From: Microcoleaceae cyanobacterium
Lineage (GTDB): Bacteria > Cyanobacteriota > Cyanobacteriia > Cyanobacteriales > Microcoleaceae
Assembly: GCA_051652765.1 (NCBI GenBank)
Contig: JBOFUV010000045.1
Coordinates: forward strand, 1 to 31,540
Direction of reading: 5' to 3'
DNA: 31,540 nt
Shown here: positions 8,244 to 19,690 of the stretch, in pieces
Position numbering within the stretch: the first letter of the stretch is position 1
How the letters are laid out: each line of letters begins with the position of its first letter
Notes under the pieces: model-generated
Seen by the model: only the letters and a program-made list of their open reading frames with translations
The model's database searches: none
What the model was told of the DNA's origin: nothing
Position numbers and translations under genes: made by a program

Positions 8244-10559
8244 ATGCCAGTTTTTCAGAATTTAATGGCTGTGGGAGTGAGTGGACTATTTACATTCGCG
8301 ATGCTGGGACAAGGGGTGATCGCAGCGACTCTCGATAAAACCTCCGGTAAATTCTCATCGGAGAATTCCGCATCTATGCCAAGTTTCAAGCAGAACTCGA
8401 CGAAAGCTATACAGAATTCAAGCTCTTCCTCGAAAACTGCTCAGATTCTCGGTTCTCTATCGACCGAGTCTCTTCGGGTTATTTTAGGGCAAGTTCCTGA
8501 ATCTCATGGCTCTGACCCTCGTTCAGGAGAGATCCTGCTTGAGCAGAACTTTGATCAACGGTCTGAGGCTAGAATGCCCTCTGATCAGATGGTTCTAGAG
8601 CTTGCTAAACCTGGGTCAACTTCAAAAAGTGCCCCGTTCCCCGCGCCGAGTGAGTTTAAACGAAATCTAGCTCAACAGAATCCAGCGAAGCAGAGTTCAG
8701 CGAGCCTGAACTTAGCAAAGCAGAACCTGGCGAAAGCTCAGCCCGAATCCAGTTCGCCGATTAGTTCAATTCCACAGACTGAACCCTCATCCCCCTTAGC
8801 AAATCCTGCAAATCCTGCAAATTCTTCAAGTACCTCTCAAGCAATTGTTGAAGTTGCGACTCCATCGGACTCCTTGGCCGTTCCATCGGCTCGCCCTCCG
8901 GTCAATTCTCCTGAGTTTCCAAACTCTGAAGCGGCTGCGACCCAAACTCTGCCCTCACCCAATTTAGATTTTCTCAATCCGCTCACCTCTAACCAGGTTG
9001 CCCAGGTCTCTGAACCAGTCTTGCAAATTCCTGATTTGACCCCTCCCACCGAGCCCTTTCCCCAACCTACCCCAAATGGGACTTTAGAAACTCAGCCCCC
9101 CAATGTTGTCCTACCCAGTGCTAACCCGCTGTACTTTCCAACTCAAACAAGCCAGGTTGAGATCCAAGAGTCCATTCCCATTACCTTAGAGCAGGCATTG
9201 GATTTGGCCCGACGCAACAACGAGAATCTTCGGGTCTTCGGGCTTCAGGTTGAGCAGTCATTGGCTCAGGTGCGAACGGCTCAGGCTGCCCTTTACCCAA
9301 CCTTGTCCTTTTCGTCTAACCTAGCTCGGACTGAAAGTGCCGGTACGACCATCGCGACCCGCGCCAGTAATCGTCGGATTCGGACTCAAAATAAACAGCG
9401 TCAGCTAATCAACGAATTGCAAAACGAAGAACGTGGGGCGGCAAATCCACCCCTGCCACCCTTGCCGTCCCCAGAACCGGTAAACACTTCAATCCCATTT
9501 GGGATCGTCACCTTTGACAATGCCTTACAGCTCAGTTATGACTTTGGGATTGATGGTCGGCGCGCGGCGCGGATTCGGACAGCAGAAGGGCAACTTCGTT
9601 CGAGTCAGCTTGAGTTTGAGCGGCGGGCTGAAGAACTGCGGTTTAACATTGCTGATGCTTACTACAACTTACAAGAGGCTGATGCTGGCGTTGATATTCA
9701 ACAGGCTGCGGTACGCAATGCTCAAAAAAGTTTGGAGGATGCGGAAGCCTTGGAACGGGCAGGGGTTGGTACCCGCTTCGAAGTATTACAGGCTAGGGTT
9801 ACCCTCGCGAATAACCAGCAGAACTTGACGAATGCGATTAGTTTGCAACGCCGTCGGCGAAGAGAACTGGCAACCCTGTTGAATATCAGTCAGAACATCA
9901 ACCTGATAGCCGCTGATGCCATCGCTTTGGCAGGAGCCTGGGATCTGACGATCGAAGAGACAATCGTGCAAGCCTATGGAAATCGAGCTGAGCTGGAGCA
10001 AGAGTTAGTCAACCGCAACATCGCCAAAGAACAGCAGGAAGAAGCCCTAGGCGCACAACGCCCCAATCTGACCGCCTCTGCTCAATACAACGTTCTCGGT
10101 CAGCTTTCAGATGATCAGAGCCCCTTTGCGAACCAGGGGTGGGCAGATGGTTATGCTGTTCAGGTTCAGCTTAGTTGGAACTTCTTCGATGGCGGCGCGG
10201 CTAAAGCAAGGGGGAGACAGCAAGAATTGGAGATTGCGATCGCCGAGGAACGATTCTCTCAGTTGAGAAATCAGGTTCGCTTGGAAGTTGAGAGTGCGTT
10301 TTATGACCTGCAGGCCAATTTTGAAAATATTGGGGTCGCGGATTTAGGAGTGGACGAAGCAACCGAAGCGTTGCGTCTGGCCCGATTGCGCTTTCAAGCG
10401 GGAGTAGGAACCCAGCTAGACGTGATCAACCAAGAAACTGACCTGACTCGGGCTCAAAATCAGCTTTTACAGGCCATTATTGGCTACAATCGCGCCCTCT
10501 CTAGTTTGCAGCGAGCTGTGAGTAATTTACCTGGAAGTAACTTACAGAATGTCCCTTAG
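8244..10559 (+). CDS. TolC family outer-membrane efflux channel with long Ser/Pro-rich N-terminal extension
   Basis: ITLEQALDLARRNN, two OEP repeats, and ARLRFQAGVGTQLDVI...YNRALSSLQRAV. Confidence 0.9.
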   Translation: MPVFQNLMAVGVSGLFTFAMLGQGVIAATLDKTSGKFSSENSASMPSFKQNSTKAIQNSSSSSKTAQILGSLSTESLRVILGQVPESHGSDPRSGEILLEQNFDQRSEARMPSDQMVLELAKPGSTSKSAPFPAPSEFKRNLAQQNPAKQSSASLNLAKQNLAKAQPESSSPISSIPQTEPSSPLANPANPANSSSTSQAIVEVATPSDSLAVPSARPPVNSPEFPNSEAAATQTLPSPNLDFLNPLTSNQVAQVSEPVLQIPDLTPPTEPFPQPTPNGTLETQPPNVVLPSANPLYFPTQTSQVEIQESIPITLEQALDLARRNNENLRVFGLQVEQSLAQVRTAQAALYPTLSFSSNLARTESAGTTIATRASNRRIRTQNKQRQLINELQNEERGAANPPLPPLPSPEPVNTSIPFGIVTFDNALQLSYDFGIDGRRAARIRTAEGQLRSSQLEFERRAEELRFNIADAYYNLQEADAGVDIQQAAVRNAQKSLEDAEALERAGVGTRFEVLQARVTLANNQQNLTNAISLQRRRRRELATLLNISQNINLIAADAIALAGAWDLTIEETIVQAYGNRAELEQELVNRNIAKEQQEEALGAQRPNLTASAQYNVLGQLSDDQSPFANQGWADGYAVQVQLSWNFFDGGAAKARGRQQELEIAIAEERFSQLRNQVRLEVESAFYDLQANFENIGVADLGVDEATEALRLARLRFQAGVGTQLDVINQETDLTRAQNQLLQAIIGYNRALSSLQRAVSNLPGSNLQNVP

Positions 10560-10695
10560 ATCAGAGATTCAATGACTTCAAAGTCAAGTTCCACCCAACT
10601 CTAAGTTCAGGAGCCTCAAAATCTCCTGTTTTCTGTGATCAAAAGTTCACTGACGGGTTAACCTAAATGGTGTAAATCTTCATAGATTTGAGGAA

Positions 10696-11151
10696 ATGAG
10701 TTTGGAACGGACATTCTTGGCAATCAAACCTGACGGTGTTCAGCGCGGTCTAGTTGGAGAAATTATTGGCCGCTTTGAAGCAAAGGGATTTACCTTGGTC
10801 GGCTTAAAAATGGTACAAGTCAGCCGAGAGTTGGCAGAAAGTCACTATGGCGTTCACCGAGAACGGCCCTTTTTTGCAGATCTGGTCAATTTCATAACGT
10901 CTGGCCCGTTAGTCGCCATGGTTTGGGAAGGAGACGGTGTTGTTGCTTCAGCCCGTAAGATGATTGGTGCAACTAATCCCCTCAACGCAGAACCCGGAAC
11001 AATTCGGGGAGACTTTGCCGTTAGTATCGGTCGGAATATGATTCATGGCTCAGATGCAATTGAGACGGCTCAGCAGGAAGTCGGCTTATGGTTTAAGGAT
11101 GAAGAGTTAGTTAGTTGGGAATCCAGCTCCAAGGCTTGGCGGGTTGAGTAG
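10696..11151 (+). CDS. ndk: Nucleoside diphosphate kinase
   Basis: [29 protein letters not shown] and the catalytic RN.IHGSD. Confidence 0.98.
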   Translation: MSLERTFLAIKPDGVQRGLVGEIIGRFEAKGFTLVGLKMVQVSRELAESHYGVHRERPFFADLVNFITSGPLVAMVWEGDGVVASARKMIGATNPLNAEPGTIRGDFAVSIGRNMIHGSDAIETAQQEVGLWFKDEELVSWESSSKAWRVE

Positions 11152-11178
11152 GGCTTCAGAATCAGAAGTCTAAACGAA

Positions 11179-11209
11179 TACAGGAGCACACTATTTCTGT
11201 GCCCCTGTA
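11179..11209. terminator. Hairpin between convergent ndk and terC, a probable terminator
   Basis: TACAGGAGCACA-ctatttc-TGTGCCCCTGTA forms a 12-bp stem with one mismatch; there is no clear U-tract. Confidence 0.45.
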
Positions 11210-11294
11210 GAAGAAGATCTCTATTCAGAAAGTTGTACGCTACGCTGGCCCTAGGTCGGCTAACATCCTAACAACAACCTTGAGTCATTTGAAC

Positions 11295-11987
11295 TCACTC
11301 TGGGTCTTGTTGTGCGGTTCGTTCTGAGAAGCCCCAGATAAAAAACCCTATTGTTAAACCAACTAAAAGCCATTCAGGCATGAGATAGTCGGCATGAACC
11401 ACTCGTAGCAGCAAGCGCAACCCAACGAAGCCCACAGTGATGTAACCTGCCTTCTCCAGATGAGCATAGTCCTGAATCCACTGAATGAACAAGCCAGCCA
11501 TAAAACGCAGGGCGATAATCCCTAAGCTTGCTCCTGCAATCACCAGCCATATCTCATCTGAAATCGCGATCGCCGTTGTAACACTATCCAAGGAAAATGC
11601 CAGATCGGTCATGGCAATAAGTGGAATCACTTGCCAGAGGGAAGTATATTGAGGGCCATGGAGATCGTCCTCTTCATTTTCTTGAGTTGTGAAATATTGG
11701 AAGACCAACCACAACAAGTACAATGCCCCCAGCAACTGAAATTGCCAGTAATGGATGACCCAAGTTGCCGTCAGAATCAGAACAACTCGCAAGACAAAGG
11801 CCAGCACGAGTCCAGTATTTAGCGCCTTGCGCTGAAGTTGTTTATCCTCTAAGCCTTTAGAAATTGAGGCGAGCGCGATCGCATTATCGGCTGATAAGAC
11901 AGCTTCTAGGGCAACCAAGATAGCCAACAAGAAAAAGGCATCAAAACTCAACTTGTGAGACAATTCCATCAATACTTGATCCAGCAT
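11295..11987 (-). CDS. TerC family integral membrane protein
   Basis: LEAVLSADNA and DLAFSLDSV motifs with about 7 TM helices. ATG at 11987; the ORF track starts at an upstream TTG. Confidence 0.9.
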   Translation of the reverse strand: MLDQVLMELSHKLSFDAFFLLAILVALEAVLSADNAIALASISKGLEDKQLQRKALNTGLVLAFVLRVVLILTATWVIHYWQFQLLGALYLLWLVFQYFTTQENEEDDLHGPQYTSLWQVIPLIAMTDLAFSLDSVTTAIAISDEIWLVIAGASLGIIALRFMAGLFIQWIQDYAHLEKAGYITVGFVGLRLLLRVVHADYLMPEWLLVGLTIGFFIWGFSERTAQQDPE

Positions 11988-12410
11988 CAATCACCTATCG
12001 TTTCAAAGTAATTTGTAAACTAAATTATTATCAGTCTGAACTGAACAGTGACCCCACCCTCGGGCAACACCTGCTTGCCTCAATATCAAGGGATGAATGT
12101 TCTAGTTCTAGCTCAAGGATATTTCCCAGTTTAAAATGAGAACATCCTTAATTAAGCTTAACTTAACTTTTCCCTGAACGTTTATATTGAGACCCTATGG
12201 TGAGCAAGTTTCTCGGGGTGGCTGCAAAGTAAACTAGCTTGCGTCTAGCTGGCCTTAGATTAAAACCCTTGGAATCAAAGTTTAACAAACTCAACCCCTA
12301 CTCTGTCGAGTCACTTGTGTTTAAACTTGTTACAAATTCTTCCAAAAGTACTTCAAATCAGAGAGAGTGTGAACAATTCCCTAAATTGTCTGTTAAGGAG
12401 TGTTTTAAAC

Positions 12411-12500
12411 ATGTCAGATACTCAAGTGTTTGTTGCTCTAGTGATTGCTCTCTTACCTGGATTTTTGGCGTTCCGACTCGCAACGGAACTGTATCGTTAG
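12411..12500 (+). CDS. psaM: Photosystem I reaction centre subunit XII
   Basis: MSDTQVFVALVIALLPGFLAFRLATELYR (29 aa) with RBS AAGGAG at 12395-12400. The ORF track over-extends this frame to 12315. Confidence 0.95.
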   Translation: MSDTQVFVALVIALLPGFLAFRLATELYR

Positions 12501-12605
12501 AGACAAAGAGTCTATTGGGGGTTTGGAAGTCTAGATTTAGACCTAGATCTGGTACGTCCTTCCCCAACTCGGGTTTTGTTTAGATAGTTCGTTCTAGCCC
12601 ATACT

Positions 12606-12640
12606 AAAAATCCCCTGCCCAATCGAGCAGGGGATTTATT
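12606..12640. terminator. Intrinsic terminator for psaAB, possibly bidirectional with psaM
   Basis: AAATCCCCTGC-ccaatcga-GCAGGGGATTT stem; reads TTTTT after the stem on the minus strand and TTTATT on the plus strand. Confidence 0.8.
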
Positions 12641-12677
12641 AATTGCTAACAATCAGACCTCAGGTCAACTTTTGGGT

Positions 12678-14903
12678 TTAACCAAACTTGCCCGCTGTTG
12701 AAGCAATTAAGAAGGCCGCATAGGTCAGGATATAGCCAACGGTGAAGTGAGCTAGACCAACCACCCGAGCCTGAACGATCGAGAGTGCAACAGGCTTATC
12801 CTTCCAGCGAACCAGGTTAGCTAGAGGAGTGCGCTCATGAGCCCAAACAATCGTCTCAATCAGCTCTTGCCAATACCCTCTCCAGGAAATCAAGAACATG
12901 AAACCAGTTGCCCAAACGAGGTGTCCGAATAAGAACATCCACGCCCAAACAGAGAGATTATTGGTTCCGTAAGGGTTGTAACCGTTGATTAGCTGGGAAG
13001 AGTTCAACCACAGATAATCGCGGAACCAGCCCATCAGGTAAGTAGAAGACTCATTAAACTGAGCTACATTGCCTTGCCAAATGCCCAAGTGCTTCCAGTG
13101 CCAGTAGAAGGTCAACCAGCCCAAAGTATTCAGCATCCAGAACATGGCAAGGTAGAAGGAATCCCAAGCAGAGATATCGCAAGTACCACCACGACCAGGG
13201 CCGTCACAAGGGAAGGCATATCCAAAGTCCTTCTTGTCAGGCATTAACTTGGAGCCACGGGCATCCAAAGCACCTTTCACCAGAATCAACGTGGTGGTGT
13301 GCAGACCCAGAGCGATCGCATGGTGAACCAAGAAATCTCCAGGGCCAATGGTCAGGAACAGAGAATTAGTCCCCGAGTTAATGGCATCCAACCAACCGGG
13401 CAACCAAACGTTACCGTAGTTAGGCCAAGCCGTCGTTGCAATGCTGTCAGGGTTTGACAACAACACATCCATCGCATAAAGCGCTTTCCCATGGGAAGCC
13501 TGAATGAACTGTGCAAACACAGGCTCAATCAGAATCTGCTTCTCAGGAGTCCCGAACGCAACAACGACATCATTGTGAACGTACAGGCCCAGAGTGTGGA
13601 ACCCAAGGAACAGAGAGACCCAGCTCAAGTGCGAGATTAGAGCTTCTTTGTGCTCCAACATCCGCGCTAAAACGTTTCCTTTGTTCGCTTCCGCATCATA
13701 GTCACGGATAAAGAAAATCGCACCGTGAGCAAATGCACCCACCATCAGGAATCCAGCAATGTACTGGTGATGCGTGTAGAGCGCTGCCGTCGTGGTGTAA
13801 TCCTTCGCAATAAATGCGTAGGGAGGCAGTGAATACATGTGCTGAGCAACTAAGGAAGTAATCACCCCTAAAGCTGCTAGCGCCAGACCCAACTGGAAGT
13901 GCAAGGAGTTGTTGACGGTGTCATACAACCCTTGGTGGGGCAGGTTGAACTGACCCTTATTCATTCCCAACAGAGGCTGCTTGGAATTGAGCATCTCCTT
14001 AATGCTATGACCAATCCCGAACTGAGTCCGGTACATGTGGCCCGCAATGATAAAGAGGACAGCGATCGCCAAATGGTGATGCGCCATGTCAGTCAACCAC
14101 AGAGACTCTGTCTGAGGATGGAACCCACCCAAGAACGTCAAGATTGCAGTTCCTGAGCCCTCAGAAGTCCCAAAGAGATGCTGTGCAGTATCAGGACTCT
14201 GAGCGTAAACGCCCCAATTTCCAGTAAAGAAAGGAGCCAAACCTGCAGGATGAGGTAGTGTGCTCAGGAAGTTATCCCAGCCGACATGCTGTCCCCGAGA
14301 TTCAGGAATCGCAACGTGAACTAAGTGACCTGTCCAAGCCAAGGAGCTAACCCCAAACAATCCAGCCAAGTGGTGGTTCAGACGGGATTCCGCATTTTTG
14401 AACCAAGACAGACTCGGACGATACTTGGGTTGAAGATGAAGCCAACCTGCAAACAAGAAGATTGCAGACAACAGCATCAAGAAGATTGCTCCCTGGTAGA
14501 GATCACTATTAGAACGCATTCCGATGGTGTACCACCAGTGATATACCCCAGAGTAAGCAATGTTGACTGGGTTGGACGCACCTGCCTGCGTGAACGCATC
14601 TACTGCAGGTTGACCAAATTGAGGATCAAAAATCGCGTGAGCGATCGGGCTGACATTCAGCGGATCTTTCACCCACTGCTCAAAGTTACCTTGCCAGGCG
14701 ACATGGAACAGGCTACCCGAAGTCCACAAGAAGATGATTGCCAGATGGCCAAAGTGAGACGCAAAAATCTTTTGGTAAAGATTTTCCTCAGTCATGCCAT
14801 CGTGGGTTTCAAAGTCGTGGGCTGTGGCAATCCCGTACCAAATCCGACGGGTGGTCGGATCTTGGGCCAAGTCCTGACTAAATTTTGGAAATTTAGTTGC
14901 CAT
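12678..14903 (-). CDS. psaB: Photosystem I P700 apoprotein A2
   Basis: [22 protein letters not shown], the FX loop [12 protein letters not shown], and [13 protein letters not shown]. Confidence 0.99.
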   Translation of the reverse strand: MATKFPKFSQDLAQDPTTRRIWYGIATAHDFETHDGMTEENLYQKIFASHFGHLAIIFLWTSGSLFHVAWQGNFEQWVKDPLNVSPIAHAIFDPQFGQPAVDAFTQAGASNPVNIAYSGVYHWWYTIGMRSNSDLYQGAIFLMLLSAIFLFAGWLHLQPKYRPSLSWFKNAESRLNHHLAGLFGVSSLAWTGHLVHVAIPESRGQHVGWDNFLSTLPHPAGLAPFFTGNWGVYAQSPDTAQHLFGTSEGSGTAILTFLGGFHPQTESLWLTDMAHHHLAIAVLFIIAGHMYRTQFGIGHSIKEMLNSKQPLLGMNKGQFNLPHQGLYDTVNNSLHFQLGLALAALGVITSLVAQHMYSLPPYAFIAKDYTTTAALYTHHQYIAGFLMVGAFAHGAIFFIRDYDAEANKGNVLARMLEHKEALISHLSWVSLFLGFHTLGLYVHNDVVVAFGTPEKQILIEPVFAQFIQASHGKALYAMDVLLSNPDSIATTAWPNYGNVWLPGWLDAINSGTNSLFLTIGPGDFLVHHAIALGLHTTTLILVKGALDARGSKLMPDKKDFGYAFPCDGPGRGGTCDISAWDSFYLAMFWMLNTLGWLTFYWHWKHLGIWQGNVAQFNESSTYLMGWFRDYLWLNSSQLINGYNPYGTNNLSVWAWMFLFGHLVWATGFMFLISWRGYWQELIETIVWAHERTPLANLVRWKDKPVALSIVQARVVGLAHFTVGYILTYAAFLIASTAGKFG

Positions 14904-15045
14904 AAGTCCTAACTAAACGTGTTCTCTTCAGAACTGCTCAAGCCGTTAACGCATCTGCATTTAATACTTGTACTGATTAAGTACTTGTATTAGTACTTGC
15001 ACTAGTATTTTACACAAGTGCCCTAACGCCCTGAGCAGAAATATA

Positions 15046-17307
15046 TCATCCGACTGAAATAATCCGTGCCAGGAAGAATGCCCAAGTTGTGACAATTCCA
15101 CCTAACAAATAATGAGCAACGCCAACCGTCCGGCCCTGAAGAATACTTAGAGCACGAGGCTGAATTGCCGGGGCAACCTTAAGCTTGCTATGAGCCCAGA
15201 CAATTGACTCAATCAGTTCTTGCCAGTAGCCACGGCCACTGAATAGGAACATTAAGCTAAATGCCCAAACAAAGTGAGCCGCCAAGAACATCAGACCATA
15301 GGCTGATAAGGCAGAGCCATAGGAGGTGATCACCTGAGATGCCTGCGCCCAAAGGAAGTCTCGCAGCCAACCATTAATGGTGATTGCACTCTGGGCAAAG
15401 TTGCCATTGGTGATGTGTGAAATTGTTCCATCTGCATCAACCGTTCCCCAGACATCGGATTGCATCTTCCAACTAAAGTGGAAAATTACGATGGATAAGG
15501 AGTTGTACATCCAGAACAGACCTAGGAAAACGTGGTCAAAACCAGAAACCTGGCAAGTACCACCCCGACCAGGGCCATCACAGGGGAAAGCAAACCCTAA
15601 CTCACTCTTGTCTGGAATCAGACGAGAGCTACGGGCGTACAATACACCTTTCAACAGGATCAAAACCGTGACATGAATGGTAAAGGCATGAATGTGGTGA
15701 ACCATAAAGTCAGCAGTGCCGAGGGCAATCGGCATCATTGCCACCTTGCCACCTACTGCAACCACATCACCACCAAACACTGGACTCACGCTCGCCAAAA
15801 CATTAGGAGCAGTGTTGCCCGGAGCCATCATGTGCAAGTGCTGAACCCATTGAGCAAAAACAGGCTGAAGTCGGATGCCTGTATCCGAGAACATATCCTG
15901 AGGACGACCAAACGCCCGCATGGTGTCGTTGTGAACGTACAACCCGAAGCTGTGGAAGCCCAAGAAAATACAGACCCAGTTCAAGTGGGAAATAATCGCA
16001 TCCCGATGACGGAGCACCCGATCTAGAACGTTATTAACATTCTTCGCCGGATCATAATCCCGCACCATAAAGATGGAACCGTGAGCGCCTGCACCCACAA
16101 TCAAGAACCCGCCAATCCACATATGGTGCGTAAACAGGGACAACTGTGTTGGGTAGTCCGTCGCAATATAGGGATAGGGAGGCATCGCATACATGTGGTG
16201 CGCCACAATAATGCTCAAAGAACCCATCAGTGCCAAGTTAATGGCGAGTTGAGCGTGCCAAGAAGTCGTCAGAACTTCGTAGAGACCTTTGTGACCTGTG
16301 CCACCGATTAAGATGGGATCTTTATGAGCCTCTAGAATTTCCTTCATGCTGTGGCCAATACCCCAATTCGTGCGGTACATGTGACCCGCAATAATGAAGA
16401 GCACTGCCAAAGCCAAGTGATGATGAGCTGTATCAGATAACCACAAACCCCCGGTTTGAGGATTCAAGCCCCCTTTGAAGGTCAAGAAGTCAGAATATAC
16501 TCCCCAGTTCAAGGTGAAGAATGGCTTCAACCCCTGAGCAAAGCTGGGATACAACTCTGCCATCAAGTTCGGGTTCAGAATGAACTCATGGGGTAAAGGA
16601 ATATCCTTTGGAGCAACCCCGGAGTCCAACAGCTTGTTAATAGGCAAAGAAACGTGAATCTGGTGACCTGCCCAACCCAAGCAACCTAGGCCCAAAAGTC
16701 CAGCCAAGTGATGATTCATCATCGACTCAACATTCTGGAACCACTCCAGTTTGGGAGCCCGCTTGTGATAGTGAAACCAGCCTGCAAACAGCATCAGACC
16801 CGCCATCACGAGAGCACCAATCGCTGTGCAGTAAAGCTGGTAGCTATTTGTAAAACCAGAAGCACGCCAGAGTTGGAACAATCCAGAGGTGATTTGAATC
16901 CCGTGGAAACCGCCACCAACATCTGCGTTTAAAATCTCTTGACCAAAAATTGGCCAAACCACTTGAGCACTTGGCTTGATTCCGGTTGGATTGGTCAGCC
17001 AAGCTTCGTAATTTGAAAATTTCGCGCCGTGGAAGTAAGCACCACTTAACCAAACGAAGATAACTGCGAGATGGCCAAAGTGAGCACTGAAGATCTTGCG
17101 CGAAATGTCTTCTAAATCGCTGGTATGTGAATCGAAGTCATGAGCGTTGGCATGGAGGTTCCAAATCCAGGTTGTGGTACTTGGCCCCTTAGCAAGGTCA
17201 CGTCGGAAGTGTCCAGGCTTTCCCCACCGCTCAAAAGAGGTAGGAACCGGATCAATATCAACTGTGACCTTTACTTTTGCCTCCCGCTCTGGAGGACTGA
17301 TGGTCAT
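15046..17307 (-). CDS. psaA: Photosystem I P700 apoprotein A1
   Basis: [26 protein letters not shown] and [16 protein letters not shown]-like GGAGAG upstream. Confidence 0.99.
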   Translation of the reverse strand: MTISPPEREAKVKVTVDIDPVPTSFERWGKPGHFRRDLAKGPSTTTWIWNLHANAHDFDSHTSDLEDISRKIFSAHFGHLAVIFVWLSGAYFHGAKFSNYEAWLTNPTGIKPSAQVVWPIFGQEILNADVGGGFHGIQITSGLFQLWRASGFTNSYQLYCTAIGALVMAGLMLFAGWFHYHKRAPKLEWFQNVESMMNHHLAGLLGLGCLGWAGHQIHVSLPINKLLDSGVAPKDIPLPHEFILNPNLMAELYPSFAQGLKPFFTLNWGVYSDFLTFKGGLNPQTGGLWLSDTAHHHLALAVLFIIAGHMYRTNWGIGHSMKEILEAHKDPILIGGTGHKGLYEVLTTSWHAQLAINLALMGSLSIIVAHHMYAMPPYPYIATDYPTQLSLFTHHMWIGGFLIVGAGAHGSIFMVRDYDPAKNVNNVLDRVLRHRDAIISHLNWVCIFLGFHSFGLYVHNDTMRAFGRPQDMFSDTGIRLQPVFAQWVQHLHMMAPGNTAPNVLASVSPVFGGDVVAVGGKVAMMPIALGTADFMVHHIHAFTIHVTVLILLKGVLYARSSRLIPDKSELGFAFPCDGPGRGGTCQVSGFDHVFLGLFWMYNSLSIVIFHFSWKMQSDVWGTVDADGTISHITNGNFAQSAITINGWLRDFLWAQASQVITSYGSALSAYGLMFLAAHFVWAFSLMFLFSGRGYWQELIESIVWAHSKLKVAPAIQPRALSILQGRTVGVAHYLLGGIVTTWAFFLARIISVG

Positions 17308-17529
17308 CGAGACTCTCCTCTCAGTGGGACAAAAATTATAGTCTGTTGCAGATTTTAAAAGCAGTTGTAAACCGTTTCAAAATCCTTCGCAAAAGTTATT
17401 GAAAACCTAACTCTGCTGGGGTCAACATCACACCCTTTCCAGTTGCCTAAACGCAACCTTGTAGCCTTGGCTACAGAGCCAGCATCACCCTAAATCTAGC
17501 TAAACTGCTGACTGGGGAAGCTGTTGTAT

Positions 17530-17700
17530 CTAAATGATATATCATCTTTCTGAATCGAGGGGGAACGGCTTGTTAACAATAATTAAAGATGTTGAAACCA
17601 TCTGTACAAGAGATCTTGAGCCCGATCTTTAAAAAGAATGAGGGTTAATTCTTACAAGTATTTTTCATAAAACTTAACAATCTTTAGTGGCCTTAGTTTT
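17530..17700 (-). promoter_or_regulatory. Putative psaAB promoter and AT-rich upstream regulatory region
   Basis: Minus-strand TATCAT (-10-like) at 17534-17539, with upstream AT-rich TTAACA/TTACA half-sites loosely resembling RpaB HLR1 elements. Spacing is imperfect. Confidence 0.3.
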
Positions 17701-17949
17701 ACTGCGAAAAGGTCAAAAAATGATTAACATTAATTTAAAAAGCTTAGTTTAAAAAGTTAGTTTGGGAGAGTGGTTATAACAAATAGCCCAAACTCAACCA
17801 TTCCTGATGAATCCAGGATCTCAAAAGTTAAGGTTCAGTCCTCTAACCTTTTGGGCTATAGTTCCCTATGGAGGATTCCTCTACAGATTAAACAATTACA
17901 GATTAAACAATGAACTTATGAATGCTTGGGGAAAGGTGACGTGTTAAAT

Positions 17950-19545
17950 ATGACATGGTGGAGAACAACATTCAAAACGCTCCTAGCTGTTTTGATGATT
18001 GCGGTCTTAGTGGTCGGATGCAGCAAGTCGGAACCAATTGAGCCCAACTCGTCTGGTAGCGCCGTCTCAAGACCGAAACCTGTAGCGGAGGTGTCCCCTC
18101 CCAAAGTTGTTCAGCAACTGCATCAGTCCCTCGATCGCTATCAGCCTCAGGTTGCTCTAGGGGGAGTCAGCTCAGGAGAAGTCCTTCAAGACGACACCGT
18201 TTCTATTCAATTTCAAGTTCAAGGTTTACCGATTTTTCAAGACAACAATTCGGGTTTGGGCCCTCATCTACAAGTTATTCTTGACCGTCAACCCCCTCAA
18301 ACCATTTATGATATCGCTCAGCCCCTAACGCTTTCAGGCTTAGAGCCAGGAACCCATACCCTGAGAGCGTTTGCTGCTTATCCCTGGGGAGAGAGCTTCA
18401 AAAATGAGGGGGCCTATGCCCAAGTCACCTTCCATGTTTTTACTGAAACGTCTGATAATAATCCTGACCCAAGCCTACCTCTCATCACCTATAGCGAACC
18501 TCAAGGGGTTTACGGGAGCGAACCTGTGCTCTTGGACTTCTATTTGCATAACGCTCCATTGCATGTCGTTGCCCAAGAAAGCCCTGAAGATGCCATTCAA
18601 GATTGGCGGATTCAAGCAACGGTCAACGGGGAGAGCTTTATGGTGGATCAGTGGCAACCCCTGTATATAAAAGGTATAAAGCCAGGAAAAAACTGGGTGA
18701 AGCTAGAGTTTCTCGACGAACTGGGAGAACCCTTGAATAATGTTTATAACAACACCGCACGATTGTTTGTCTACAATCCCAAAGCAACGGACTTTCGATC
18801 TCGACTGTTGCGAGGGGAACTCTCTGTCGCTCAAGCCCGCAGTGTGGTTGACCCTAACTATATTCCTGGAACCCCAATTCCTGCTGAACCAGAAATTGCA
18901 CCAGAAACTGAACCTCCGCTAGAAGTCCCCAGTGCCGCAGGGAGTGAACCAAAAAAGCCAGATCAGGAATTGCCTAAAACCACCGAATCCATAACCCCTC
19001 CAGAACAAACTCCTCCAGCAAAATCCGAACCTGAATCTGTTGTTCCCCGTGAAGCAGTTTCATCTGAGGATCTCCCGCCTGAGAAAGGAGTTGAACCCAG
19101 TAACTTCTCCGACCCAGAAGCTTCAGAAGTTCCTGAACCTGTTCCTGTGGTTCAAGAAACTTCCTCCACTGAAGAATTCATTGAGCCAATAGAGGAAGAA
19201 CCCGAAGGCAAAATCCAGGAGCAACCCAGTGTTTCAGAGCCCTTTCTGGACAAACAGGTGAGTGAATCAGCCCCCTTAGAATCAGCGCCCTTAAACATTG
19301 ACGAACAGGTGACGTTGCCTATTTTAGAGTCCGAGAAAGAAACAGACTTAGAGGGGGTTAAAAATCTGACCACTCAAGAACGGGGACTTGAAGAATTGCC
19401 GGGAACTCCTGAGGAACAAATTCAACCTTACATTCCAGTCAGAGTGCAAGATCTGCCAGAACCGATAACAGAGCCTACTCTGGCAGATAAAATAACTCAG
19501 CGGTTCAAGGGTTTACTAAACCGCTTGCCTTCCCTGGGTCAATAG
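17950..19545 (+). CDS. Putative lipoprotein: conserved cyanobacterial N-terminal domain plus Pro/Glu-rich tail
   Basis: Signal MTWWRTTFKTLLAVLMIAVLVVG-C from the ATG at 17950; LGPHLQVILD and GTHTLRAFA.YPWGESFKNEGAY. Function unknown. Confidence 0.75.
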   Translation: MTWWRTTFKTLLAVLMIAVLVVGCSKSEPIEPNSSGSAVSRPKPVAEVSPPKVVQQLHQSLDRYQPQVALGGVSSGEVLQDDTVSIQFQVQGLPIFQDNNSGLGPHLQVILDRQPPQTIYDIAQPLTLSGLEPGTHTLRAFAAYPWGESFKNEGAYAQVTFHVFTETSDNNPDPSLPLITYSEPQGVYGSEPVLLDFYLHNAPLHVVAQESPEDAIQDWRIQATVNGESFMVDQWQPLYIKGIKPGKNWVKLEFLDELGEPLNNVYNNTARLFVYNPKATDFRSRLLRGELSVAQARSVVDPNYIPGTPIPAEPEIAPETEPPLEVPSAAGSEPKKPDQELPKTTESITPPEQTPPAKSEPESVVPREAVSSEDLPPEKGVEPSNFSDPEASEVPEPVPVVQETSSTEEFIEPIEEEPEGKIQEQPSVSEPFLDKQVSESAPLESAPLNIDEQVTLPILESEKETDLEGVKNLTTQERGLEELPGTPEEQIQPYIPVRVQDLPEPITEPTLADKITQRFKGLLNRLPSLGQ

Positions 19546-19690
19546 CATGTCGAGGTTGATGGTCTACTGCCATTAACCCAAGACACTCTCTGACTGAACA
19601 CCCTGCAAATGGTTGGGTTGCTATCAAAAACCCAACCTAGCCATTTGATCTAGACAGACCACTAAAATATTGGCCAGATATCAGCAGTCC

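Noticed and set aside
12239..12583. 114-aa and 69-aa ORFs around psaM, and the 61-aa extended psaM
   Set aside because: The real gene is the 29-aa PsaM with an RBS before 12411; the other frames have no support.
12678..17307. Far-red-light (FaRLiP) psaA2/psaB2 paralogues
   Set aside because: Lengths and overall sequence are standard, and there are no neighbouring rfpABC, apc, psb or psaL2/I2/F2/J2 genes.
13511..17358. Many short ORFs overlapping psaA and psaB
   Set aside because: They are antisense or alternate-frame shadows of highly conserved genes.
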